Shown: one piece after another, positions 9,561-18,572 of the stretch
Position numbering within the stretch: position 1 is the stretch's first letter
Layout: every line of letters starts with the position of its first letter
Assembly: GCA_965221905.1 (NCBI GenBank)
Contig: OZ244922.1
Span: 736,001-800,000 of the forward strand
Reading direction: 5' to 3'
From: Chloroflexota bacterium
Lineage (GTDB): Bacteria; Chloroflexota; UBA11872; VXOZ01
Length of the DNA: 64,000 nt
Position numbers and translations under genes: made by a program
Notes under the pieces: generated by a model
Database searches by the model: none
Seen by the model: only the letters and a program-made list of their open reading frames with translations
What the model was told of the DNA's origin: nothing

Positions 9561-11335
9561 TGGATTCTAGACTGACTGGCCGTTACGCTTCTCTAGCGAT
9601 CAATGTGCCCATGCCCCCGCCGCATTGGGCGTTGTTGGAGCGGGAGTTGTTGCGGGCGCAGGAAGCTGCGTGCGCGGCGTTCTATGCCAAGTACTTCGAC
9701 GAGCGCGGCTACTTGCTTTGCATCCCGCGCTGGGGCGGGAACGACGGCCCCGACGACGCGGGTGAAAACTTGCTCAATTGGCCCATGCTCCACGCGCTCG
9801 GCGCCTCGGACAGCGTCTTGGCAATGTATAAGCAGGGCTGGGACGGACATCTGCGCCAGTATTCCGAGGCAAAGACCGTGCATGTGCCCATGGCCCGTGA
9901 AGGCATGTACTACAAAGAATTCTCCGTGATGTTCGACTGGATGCATCACGGCGAGTGGATCTCGCCGTTTATCCTGGAGCCGCTTAGTAATCCGGCAGAT
10001 CACCGCTACGAGCAGCGTATCCGCCGCTATGCCGGATTCTACATGGATGAAGACCCACAAGCACTGAATTACGACCCGGAGCATAACCTCATCCGCAGCA
10101 TGTTCAACGGCAGCCGAGGACCGATGCTGCGCAAGTCTACCGCGCTCGACTGGGCAGGCGACCCCATCGAGGTGGCGGGGCGCTTCGATGCCAAGCACGG
10201 CGAAAACAGTTTTTCCCAGATGCTCGACCACTTCCGGGACTATAACGACGTCGCGGGCGATCATCCCCTTAACCTCGCCGTCACTACTGTCGCTCTTACC
10301 GCCTTTGCCCTCACCGGCGAAGCCAAGTACCGCGACTGGATAGTCCGGTACGTGGACGGTTGGGTGGCGCACACCAAAGCGAACAACGGCATCATACCCA
10401 CGAATATTGGGCTGGATGGTTCCCTAGGCGGCGCGTGCGACGGCAAGTGGTATGGCGGCGTCTACGGCTGGGGCTTCTCCGTGATCGACCATAATACCGG
10501 CAAACTCGCGCACCGTCCGGCGTTCCAGCAACGCGCCGTCTACGGCTTTGGCAACGCGCTGCTCATGACCGGCGACCAGAGCTACCTCGCCGTCTGGCGC
10601 GAGATGCTGGATGCTGTGAATGCTAATGAGAAGATCGTTGACGGCAAGCCCACGTACCCCTACATGTACGGCGACGCGTATGGCGAAGAGGGCTGGTATG
10701 ATTTTCGGCCGGAGCCGTTTGCGGCCGGGGCCCATGAACTCTACTACCTGTCGATGGACCCGCAGGACTTGGCCCGTGCGCCGCAGGACCCCTGGTACGA
10801 CTTCCTGGCCGGCAGGAACCCCGACTATCCGGTGGAAGCGCTGCAGCGCGACTATGCGACTGTGCGGCAGCGGATAGAGAAGGTGCGGCGCGACGCTACC
10901 ACAACGGACACCCGGCTCTCCGATGATATGAACGCCTTCAATCCCGCCATTACCGACGCGCTCATCCGGCTTACGCTCGGGGGCTTCCCAACGGGACGCG
11001 AGGGCGGGCCGCTCTATTGCCGCCTACGCTACTTCGATCCTGCCCGCCGCCGTGCCGGGCTGCCGGAAGACGTAGCGGCTCTTGTCGATCACCTAACGGC
11101 CGCGGAAGTTGGCGTAACGCTCGTTAACCTCGATCCCGTGGAAGAACGCACGCTCATCGTGCAGGGCGGCGCGTATGCGGAACACCAGTTTATCAGTGCC
11201 ACGGCTGGGGGCATTACGACTGAGGTGAACGGCCCAAACCTTGTCGTCCGTCTCGCGCCCGGCGCAGGTGAGCGCATCACGCTCACCATGCAACGCTACG
11301 CGAACCAGCCGACGCTCCGATTTCCGTGGGTGTAA
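9557..11335 (+). CDS. Conserved hypothetical protein (592 aa; aromatic-rich, possibly an alpha/alpha-barrel carbohydrate-active fold)
   Basis: Long ORF with strong GC3 bias; WGGNDGPDD, DWMHHGE, RYFDP..RRAGLPEDVAALV; function not recognisable. Confidence 0.75.
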   Translation: MMDSRLTGRYASLAINVPMPPPHWALLERELLRAQEAACAAFYAKYFDERGYLLCIPRWGGNDGPDDAGENLLNWPMLHALGASDSVLAMYKQGWDGHLRQYSEAKTVHVPMAREGMYYKEFSVMFDWMHHGEWISPFILEPLSNPADHRYEQRIRRYAGFYMDEDPQALNYDPEHNLIRSMFNGSRGPMLRKSTALDWAGDPIEVAGRFDAKHGENSFSQMLDHFRDYNDVAGDHPLNLAVTTVALTAFALTGEAKYRDWIVRYVDGWVAHTKANNGIIPTNIGLDGSLGGACDGKWYGGVYGWGFSVIDHNTGKLAHRPAFQQRAVYGFGNALLMTGDQSYLAVWREMLDAVNANEKIVDGKPTYPYMYGDAYGEEGWYDFRPEPFAAGAHELYYLSMDPQDLARAPQDPWYDFLAGRNPDYPVEALQRDYATVRQRIEKVRRDATTTDTRLSDDMNAFNPAITDALIRLTLGGFPTGREGGPLYCRLRYFDPARRRAGLPEDVAALVDHLTAAEVGVTLVNLDPVEERTLIVQGGAYAEHQFISATAGGITTEVNGPNLVVRLAPGAGERITLTMQRYANQPTLRFPWV

Positions 11336-11447
11336 GAAGATAGGATGTGCCTCAAAAGTTGTCCGTTCCTGCTGAGCACTTCGACAAGCCCAGCACAGGC
11401 CTGTCGAAGCATGAACGGACATCGCGCCGTTGCCCATTCGTATCGCC

Positions 11448-12464
11448 TTACGCAGGAGAGGTCTCGCTGCTGTTGAGCAGAGCCGCCACGCGCTCGTTGA
11501 TCTTGCCGGTGACGTCCTTGGCGACGGTCTGTTGGGCCAGACGCAGGGTGCTGGCGATGGCCTTGGCGTTGGAGCGGCCGTGGGCGATGATGACGGCCTT
11601 GTTCAGTCCCACCAGTGGGGCGCCGCCGTACTCCTCGTAGTCCAAGCGCACGCGGACACGGTCGAAAGCCGGTTTTGCCAGCAACGCGCCGAGCATCGTG
11701 CGTGGGTTAGCGCGCAGCTCCGTCTTCAGCAACGTGCCGAAGAACTCGGCAGCGCCTTCCATTGTCTTGAGCGCTATGTTGCCGGTATAGCCGTCGCACA
11801 CCACCACGTCCACCGTGTCGGTGAGAATATGGCGTCCCTCGATGTTGCCGACGAAGTTGAGCGGAGCTTCCTTCAGCAGCGCGTAGGCTGCCAGAGAGAG
11901 TTCGTTCCCTTTGGTTGGCTCTTCGCCAATTGAAAGCAAGCCGACGCGGGGATTTGGCACGCCGTACACCCGAGTGGAATAGATGCTGCCCATGAGGCCG
12001 AATTGTTGGAGTTGACGCGGCTTGCAGTCGGCGTTGGCTCCCATGTCGATGAGGAGCGTCGGGTGCGTTGTACGGGCGGGAATCAGAGCGATGAGCGCCG
12101 GACGGCTGATACCGGTAATGCGTCCGAACGCCATGAGCGCCGCTGCCATCGTCGCTCCACTGTGACCGGCGCTTACTAGTGCTTTCCCCTCCCCTCCCTT
12201 TACCAGGTCGCAGGCGACACGGATTGACGACTGGGGACGTTGCCGCACAGCCGTGGCGTGATCGTGCATGGTAATAACGTCCGGCGCGTGGCGGATCGTC
12301 AGCGGCAGGTCGGCAGTGTCGTGTTTGCGCAGCTCAGCTTCCAGGAGGTCGTGTTGGCCGACGAGGATGATTGGTATGGTGGAGGAACGCGTGGCCTGTA
12401 CCGCTCCGGCAACGATTGCCTGCGGGGCTAGATCGCCGCCCATTGCGTCGAGCACGATTGCCAA
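11448..12464 (-). CDS. plsX: Phosphate acyltransferase PlsX
   Basis: DAMGGDLAP, SAGHSGA, DMGANAD, CDGYTGN, YGGAPLVG, AHGRS. Confidence 0.97.
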   Translation of the reverse strand: MAIVLDAMGGDLAPQAIVAGAVQATRSSTIPIILVGQHDLLEAELRKHDTADLPLTIRHAPDVITMHDHATAVRQRPQSSIRVACDLVKGGEGKALVSAGHSGATMAAALMAFGRITGISRPALIALIPARTTHPTLLIDMGANADCKPRQLQQFGLMGSIYSTRVYGVPNPRVGLLSIGEEPTKGNELSLAAYALLKEAPLNFVGNIEGRHILTDTVDVVVCDGYTGNIALKTMEGAAEFFGTLLKTELRANPRTMLGALLAKPAFDRVRVRLDYEEYGGAPLVGLNKAVIIAHGRSNAKAIASTLRLAQQTVAKDVTGKINERVAALLNSSETSPA

Positions 12465-12572
12465 GCAGAATCCTCCTTGTGGTTTTGTTACCCTACTGCG
12501 GCTGGCATCATTATACTACTAGGCAACGCCCTGATGAATTGTCTAGGACTAGCCCTGGCTGAGGAGCGCAGA

Positions 12573-13427
12573 ATGCAGACCCGAAAGTCCGCCAACATCA
12601 TTGGACACAGAGATGTGTATTCCGTGTCTCTACTGTGGAAGACGTTCCTTCTCTCTCTAATGCTGTTGTGCTCGCCCATAATGGCGTCAGGTTGTGCATC
12701 GCAGCAGACTACGACACTCGTTGTGTACGCCGCGTCATCACTCACGGAGGCGTTTACGGCCATCGGCGCGGAGTTCGAGGCGCGCAACGCCGACGTGCGG
12801 GTTATCTTCAATTTTGCCGGTTCCCAGGCACTCAGTACGCAGATAGAGCACGGCGCCGTAGCCGATGCCTTCGCCTCGGCAGACACCCTACACATGGACC
12901 GTTTGCAGGAGATGAATCTGCTGGCTGAAGGGCCCGTAGTCTTTGCGCAAAACCGCCTGATCGTGGTGCTGCCCGCGGCAAATCCGGCCGGGCTAACCAG
13001 TTTGGGAGACCTTGCCCGTCCCGGTGTGCGTATCGTTATCGCGCAGCAAAATGTGCCCGTGGGCCGCTACACGCGGCAGGTGCTTGCAAACCTGAGCGCC
13101 GACGCCATATACGGGAGCAGCTTTCAGGCAGCCGTGCTTGCCAACGTTCGTTCGGAGGAACTCAACGTGCGCCAGGTATTCGCGAAAGTTGTGCTCGGTG
13201 AAGCGGATGCGGCCTTCGTCTACGCGAGCGACGTTGGCGCGTCAACCGCCGACGTTGCGACCATTGAGATTCCTGAGCAATCTAATGTAGCGGCGGCGTA
13301 TCCAATCGCGCTGCTGGCGGCTTCTAAAGAGAAAGCGCTCGCGCAGCGTTTCATTGAGTTCGTGCGTTCTCCAATGGCGCAGGATATCTTGTGGCAGGCG
13401 GGACTGCAGCCGGTAGAAACGCAATGA
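12573..13427 (+). CDS. modA: Molybdate ABC transporter substrate-binding lipoprotein (start uncertain)
   Basis: YAASSLTEAF, NFAGSQAL, VPVGRY, NVRQV, GEADAAFVYASD; lipobox ASGC. Confidence 0.92.
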   Translation: MQTRKSANIIGHRDVYSVSLLWKTFLLSLMLLCSPIMASGCASQQTTTLVVYAASSLTEAFTAIGAEFEARNADVRVIFNFAGSQALSTQIEHGAVADAFASADTLHMDRLQEMNLLAEGPVVFAQNRLIVVLPAANPAGLTSLGDLARPGVRIVIAQQNVPVGRYTRQVLANLSADAIYGSSFQAAVLANVRSEELNVRQVFAKVVLGEADAAFVYASDVGASTADVATIEIPEQSNVAAAYPIALLAASKEKALAQRFIEFVRSPMAQDILWQAGLQPVETQ

Positions 13428-14284
13428 GCCGCTCGCCGTCACCGCCCTCATTCCCTCGCAAGCGGGAAGCCAGCACCCCTCGCTCCACAGGGAGTGACAC
13501 CGGTCTGCGCTCGCTCTTTCTCGTCCCAGCGCTGCTCTTCGCGGCCTTTGTGGCGCTGCCGTTGCTGGCGCTGATTCTGCGCGCCGCAATGACGGGAAAC
13601 CTGCTGCAGCAGCTTGCACAGCCGATTGTGCTGAGCGCCCTCAGGCTCAGCGCGCTGACGAGTCTGGCATCGCTTTTCATCATCGTGCTCGTCGGGACGC
13701 CCACCGCCTACTTGCTCGCACGGAGCACGTTCCCCGGCAAGCGGCTCTTGGATGTCTTGATAGATGTGCCGTTGGCGCTGCCGCCCGTGGTTGTCGGCGT
13801 TGCCTTGCTGCTTGTCTTCGGCCGCCTGGGAGTGCTGGGACGGTGGCTCCAGCCGCTCGGCATTGAGATTGCGTTCACGACCCTTGCGGTGGTGTTGGCG
13901 CAGGTATTCGTTGCCGCGCCCTTCTACGTGCGGTCGGCGAAGATCGGTTTCGCGCGGGTTGAACCGGAGCTTGAAGAGATTGCCGTCACGCTCGGCGCAT
14001 CGACCTGGCAGACGTTGCGCTACGTCACCGTGCCGCTGGCGTGGCCCGCGCTTGTGGGTGGCGCTGTGCTGAGCTGGGCGCGGGCGCTGGGCGAGTTTGG
14101 CGCTACCATTATGTTCGCCGGTAACTTCACCGGTCGCACGCAGACGATGCCCCTGGCCATCATGACGGCGTTGGAGTCCGATCTCCAGACCGCCATCGTA
14201 TTGGCGACATTGTTGGTGATAGCCACTTTTGTCGCTCTCTTTCTCTTCCGTTGGATCGGTCGGCGTTTTGGGGACGTGTGGTAG
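13424..14284 (+). CDS. modB: Molybdate ABC transporter permease
   Basis: PLALPPVVVG, WARALGEFGATIMFAGN..GRTQTMPLAI; ATGA overlap with modA. Confidence 0.93.
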   Translation: MSRSPSPPSFPRKREASTPRSTGSDTGLRSLFLVPALLFAAFVALPLLALILRAAMTGNLLQQLAQPIVLSALRLSALTSLASLFIIVLVGTPTAYLLARSTFPGKRLLDVLIDVPLALPPVVVGVALLLVFGRLGVLGRWLQPLGIEIAFTTLAVVLAQVFVAAPFYVRSAKIGFARVEPELEEIAVTLGASTWQTLRYVTVPLAWPALVGGAVLSWARALGEFGATIMFAGNFTGRTQTMPLAIMTALESDLQTAIVLATLLVIATFVALFLFRWIGRRFGDVW

Positions 14285-14300
14285 GCACCGGGCATGAAAC

Positions 14301-14426
14301 ACCCTCTCCCTCGATGGATGTAAAGACCGGGGTGAGGGTGAAACTGCCGATAGACGCGCCATTGAGGGGAAGAGCGCCAGCATTTGTTCAATCTCGGCAA
14401 GCCGCAGGTTGCAAACCTGCGCTACC
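14301..14426. repeat. Family E (ccctctccctcga..gggagagggccggggtgagggtg-like) plus family B' (gcaggttgcaaacctgcgctac) palindromes
   Basis: The same pair, in the same order, occurs at 42536-42662. Confidence 0.7.
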
Positions 14427-14544
14427 GGTCGGGAGTGGAGTGCTCTAGTGACTGCGGTCTACGGTAGGTTGATAGCTAACATGCACGCGGAGCACAAAAA
14501 GTAAGCGACTGCGAATGCACTGTGTGTGCAGAAAGGAAAGAGTG

Positions 14545-15261
14545 ATGGCTTCAAATGATACTACAGTAACGTGGCTGGGGCATGCCGCGTTCAGCATCAT
14601 GACGCCGGAAGGGAAAGTCGTGCTCATCGACCCATTTCTCTCCGGGAACCCTGTATGTCCGGCCAATCTCAAAGAACCTCAGACCGTGGACGTGATCCTC
14701 ATCACGCACGGTCACGGCGATCACCTAGGGGATGCTGTGCCGCTCGCGGCTCGCACCCAGCCGGAGGCCGTGGTTACGACGGCCGACATTTCCTATTGGC
14801 TGGGAAAGCAAGGTGTTGGTAACGTCATAGGGATGAACAAGGGCGGTACGATTCGCGTGGCCGACCTTGCCGTTATGATGGTGCACGCCGAGCACACCAG
14901 TACAATTATGGATGGCGACATGCTGATACCGGCGGGAGAGAGCGTCGGCTACGTGGTCACGTTCTCCAACGGTCTGAAGCTCTACGTCGCTGGCGATACG
15001 GCGCTCTTTGGCGACATGGCCCTAATCGGCCGCCGCTATCGGCCCGACGCGGCAATCCTGCCCATCGGCGACCATTTCACGATGGGGCCGGATGACGCGG
15101 CGGAAGCCTGCCGCTTGCTGGGCGTAAAGCGGGTCATTCCGTGCCACTACGGCACCTTCCCCCTGCTCACGGGCACGCCCGCGGCGTTCCGCGCGGCGGC
15201 GCAGGACATTGGCGACTTGGAAATCTGCGAGTTGCAGCCGGGGGAGACGATCCGCTTGTAA
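14545..15261 (+). CDS. Metal-dependent hydrolase, beta-lactamase fold (UPF0173/YtkL-like)
   Basis: WLGHAAF, THGHGDH, AGDT, LPIGDHFTMGP, PCHYGTF. Confidence 0.93.
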   Translation: MASNDTTVTWLGHAAFSIMTPEGKVVLIDPFLSGNPVCPANLKEPQTVDVILITHGHGDHLGDAVPLAARTQPEAVVTTADISYWLGKQGVGNVIGMNKGGTIRVADLAVMMVHAEHTSTIMDGDMLIPAGESVGYVVTFSNGLKLYVAGDTALFGDMALIGRRYRPDAAILPIGDHFTMGPDDAAEACRLLGVKRVIPCHYGTFPLLTGTPAAFRAAAQDIGDLEICELQPGETIRL

Positions 15262-15393
15262 TGCGGGCCAAGATTGACCTTGGTTGAGGGCAAGGCTTCC
15301 CTCTCAGGTTGTGGAAGTATTCATCGTGGACTCAAGTCATCAAAAGGGCGCAATCAAGGCCTCCTTCTCCCATCGGAGTCCCTTGGAATAATC

Positions 15394-15630
15394 CGTCATT
15401 CCGGCGAAAAGCCGGCCCCGTACTCGATACGGGGCCGGAATCCAGAGGTGAGGGGATAGTTTACGATTGCTAGCCTTCAAGCCACTCTTCACCCCCATCC
15501 CGGCCTTCCCCCATCATGGGGGAAGGGATTTCGCAAGGGTCGCCGCTGGCAGAGGGAACCAAGATCCATCTAAAATGGGAAACCAAGAGATCGCTGAAAT
15601 AGGAAGGGGCACGGCATGCCGTGCCCCCTT
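15394..15630. repeat. Repeat cluster: family C with nested hairpin (15394-15444), family E-like (~15490-15527), family A (~15604-15629)
   Basis: cgtcattccggcgaaaagccgg[ccccgtactcgatacgggg]ccggaatcca; ggggcacggcatgccgtgcccc. Confidence 0.75.
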
Positions 15631-15688
15631 TCCTAGTCGATGCTCAAGGCAGCTTTATCACGATGCTCGCAGCCGCAAACAGGAGCGC

Positions 15689-17080
15689 TTACGACTTGCT
15701 CTTGTACTCCTCCAGAATCGCCGTCATGCGCTTGGCGGCTTCGTCAAGGTTGGACTTCACCTCGCCGGGCGACTCGCCAAAGATGACCTGATGTGCCTCG
15801 CGCATGATGCCGCTGCATTCGCCGTACGTCGGCCAGTACTGGAAGTTGAACGCCAGGCCGTTGTACATGCGTTCCAGCATGAAGTCGGTCTGTATCTGCG
15901 CCTTATCCGGCTCCAGGAAGCTGTAATACTGCTCCCACAGCGTGCGGTCGGAAACCGGCAGCGGCTGACCCTGGCCCAAGGCTACCCACTGTTTCCAGCC
16001 CTCGATGCCGCCGATCCACTCGGCAAGGAACCAGGCGGTATCGTGGTCCGGATGCGATTCCGCAATCGACCACAGGTGGCCTTGGGAGAAGTGCTTCTGG
16101 TCCATGGGGCCCGCGGGATACGTATGGGCCTGCCATTCGAACGGCACGTTGCCCTCGTTACGGAAATTGATCCACCAGGGCTCGTTGCCCCAGGCGTCCC
16201 ACGTGGCATAGTACCCTTGATGCGACCCCAAGCCCTGAGCCTGGGGATTGGCCGCCGACGGCATGCTGCGGTCGGCAAACGCCATTTCTTGGTAGATGGT
16301 ATACATGGCCACGGCGGCCGGACTATTGACCAACGATTTGGTCTGGTCGTCGTCCACCCAGAAGTGTTGGCCGTAGTTCCACATCACCGCGAAGTTGTCA
16401 GAGCCGGTGTTGTTTGCAAGATTCTTGCCGCCCCAGATGTTCTCCTCCGGATTGACGGTGCGCTTCGCAATGTCGCGAAGATCGTCCATCGTCCAGCCTT
16501 CGGCCGGCAATTCCAATCCCGCGTTCTGGAAGATGGTCTGGTTGAGATAGATCAGGGTGCCGTTGAAGTCCTGTGCCGTGCCCCAGATGCGGCCTTGATA
16601 CGACATGGCCTCATGCATCGGCTGGACGTAATGGTCCAGGCTGGCAGTCGCGCTCGCTTTGACGCGATCGGTAATGTCGAGCACAAGGCCGCGCTCCACG
16701 TAATTGGACTTGAATTGCGCCCACAGGTTCCAGACGTCCGGCGGCACGCCCGCCGTAATCTGAGAAATGAGCTTGGGGTTGTACTCGGCGAACGGCGTTA
16801 TGGTCGCTTCCGCCTCATACTCACCGGCAAACGTCTCGTTGAACACGCCTAAGACGCGCACATAACGCTCGAGCACCGCGGCGTTGCCGTAGCTATTGAT
16901 GGATAGCTTCCGCACCTCTTTGGCGGGAGCCTCCTGGGCAGCCTCTTTCGGGGCCTCTTTCTTTTCCTCCATAGCCGGATCTTCGGCTGCAGGGGCGGTC
17001 TGCACCGCGCCGCATGCGGCGGCAACCAATGCGGTAGCCGCTACACCGCTGAAACGCAGGAAATTTCGTCGGGTAACCAT
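15689..17080 (-). CDS. Carbohydrate ABC transporter substrate-binding protein (Tat lipoprotein)
   Basis: TRRNFL Tat motif, VAAC lipobox, AGVPPDV, IYLNQTIFQNAGLELP. Confidence 0.88.
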   Translation of the reverse strand: MVTRRNFLRFSGVAATALVAAACGAVQTAPAAEDPAMEEKKEAPKEAAQEAPAKEVRKLSINSYGNAAVLERYVRVLGVFNETFAGEYEAEATITPFAEYNPKLISQITAGVPPDVWNLWAQFKSNYVERGLVLDITDRVKASATASLDHYVQPMHEAMSYQGRIWGTAQDFNGTLIYLNQTIFQNAGLELPAEGWTMDDLRDIAKRTVNPEENIWGGKNLANNTGSDNFAVMWNYGQHFWVDDDQTKSLVNSPAAVAMYTIYQEMAFADRSMPSAANPQAQGLGSHQGYYATWDAWGNEPWWINFRNEGNVPFEWQAHTYPAGPMDQKHFSQGHLWSIAESHPDHDTAWFLAEWIGGIEGWKQWVALGQGQPLPVSDRTLWEQYYSFLEPDKAQIQTDFMLERMYNGLAFNFQYWPTYGECSGIMREAHQVIFGESPGEVKSNLDEAAKRMTAILEEYKSKS

Positions 17081-17256
17081 GATGGCTTACTCCTTGCCTC
17101 TATTCCGATTGTCAACCCTTTGACCTACTGTTGGACTCTAACCCAGCTTTGGGCGTGCGTCAATCAAGAGAGTGGAAATTCCTGAGATCCAGTGACTTGA
17201 GATAGTTTCTTAGTCAAAGGGCTATCCCGCCATGCCCTGCAGGAGGTGGCGGCTTC

Positions 17257-18420
17257 CTATGCTGCCCCCCGCGAATCCCTTGGGCGGCGCAGCGGCTGTA
17301 GGCTTCGGTATGTAGCGACTCGCCAGAGCCACTCTGCAGGTCCGAAAAGGAAGCGACTTAGCCACGCTTGCGACCACCACACCTGCAGCGCCCACACTGC
17401 GAAGACAAACACCAAGACGCCACTTCGATTCACTGAGTCGACATCGCCTAGCAGGAGTGTCAATGTAAGCACGCCCAAAATCGTCTGCATTAGATAGTTC
17501 GTCAACGCCATCCTGCCCACAGCGCGCAGTCGCCGCTTAAGCCAATTATCGGCGCCGTTGTTCCAAAGAATGACAAGGCTCATAAATCCCAATGACGCAG
17601 GGATTGTGCCAAGACTGTTCGGCACCTGTCCTATCAGTGCAACATCTCTCGAGTAGTCCCCCAAAGCAGTAATGACAACGCCCAGCGCGGCAAGCGCCAA
17701 TCCGACGCCAAGCCCTATGGTTGCGGTCTTGCGGTAGGTCTCTACCGACTTGCTGCCATCCGTGAAGCCCATACGGTATAGCGCAGCGCCGATGAGAACC
17801 ATCCCAGGCCCGCGCACAATGTACGAGAGCCACGAAAGATAACCCAGTGTCTCGTCCTCTGCCTCCGTGGTCATCCATATACCGCCAAGCGGTGCGCCCG
17901 CATTTACAAGGGCTTGTCCGTACAGATCGCTGACTACGGACAGCATGAACACAGCCACGCCAATCGTCAGCAGCGCCTTGTTCGGCAGATTTCGCAGCGG
18001 GATCAGAATGAAGGCTGACAGCGCATAGATCATCAGCACGTCGCCGTACCAAAGCATGAAGTGGGCTATACCGATTGCCAGCAGCAAGATGTTGCGCCAC
18101 AGGTTCAGCAGTACGGCACGCCTGCCTCTCTGGGCGGCACGGTCTATGAACAGAATTATCCCCGCCCCGAACAGCAGTGAGAACATCCCCATGAACTTCT
18201 GGTCGATGAAGACCTCGCCGAAGATGCTCACAGCCCAATCCAGCCACGTCTCAGAACCGCCGGCGCTGATGTTGTGGTAAGCTGCTTCAACGAATTTGAA
18301 CGACACTGCGTTCATCAGCAAAATGCCCAACACCGCAACCCCGCGTATCAGGTCGAGGCTGGTTATGCGCGTGGGTTCGCGAACGGGACCGGAGTCAGCG
18401 GTCTGGGATCGTGCTGCCAA
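17257..18420 (-). CDS. DUF418 (YeiB-like) membrane protein
   Basis: RITSLDLIRGVAVLGILLMN, KF..MFSLLFGAG, VGRMALTNYL.Q, FGPAEWLWR. Confidence 0.92.
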   Translation of the reverse strand: MAARSQTADSGPVREPTRITSLDLIRGVAVLGILLMNAVSFKFVEAAYHNISAGGSETWLDWAVSIFGEVFIDQKFMGMFSLLFGAGIILFIDRAAQRGRRAVLLNLWRNILLLAIGIAHFMLWYGDVLMIYALSAFILIPLRNLPNKALLTIGVAVFMLSVVSDLYGQALVNAGAPLGGIWMTTEAEDETLGYLSWLSYIVRGPGMVLIGAALYRMGFTDGSKSVETYRKTATIGLGVGLALAALGVVITALGDYSRDVALIGQVPNSLGTIPASLGFMSLVILWNNGADNWLKRRLRAVGRMALTNYLMQTILGVLTLTLLLGDVDSVNRSGVLVFVFAVWALQVWWSQAWLSRFLFGPAEWLWRVATYRSLQPLRRPRDSRGAA

Positions 18421-18572
18421 TGGATCGAACTCCTTAAGCAGAATTGGGGGAATTTGCGTTTCCAGTAATAGAGGTAGGGTGCAAGTGATTTTGGCTAGTA
18501 TTGTATATGAGTTCCCTCTCTTTTGCCGCGTGGCCCAGCTAGAGGGCGCTCACATAGATTCCACTCCTTGGC

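Noticed and set aside
15467-16852. 461-aa plus-strand ORF
   Set aside because: Antisense shadow of the SBP gene; its N-terminus is translated repeats
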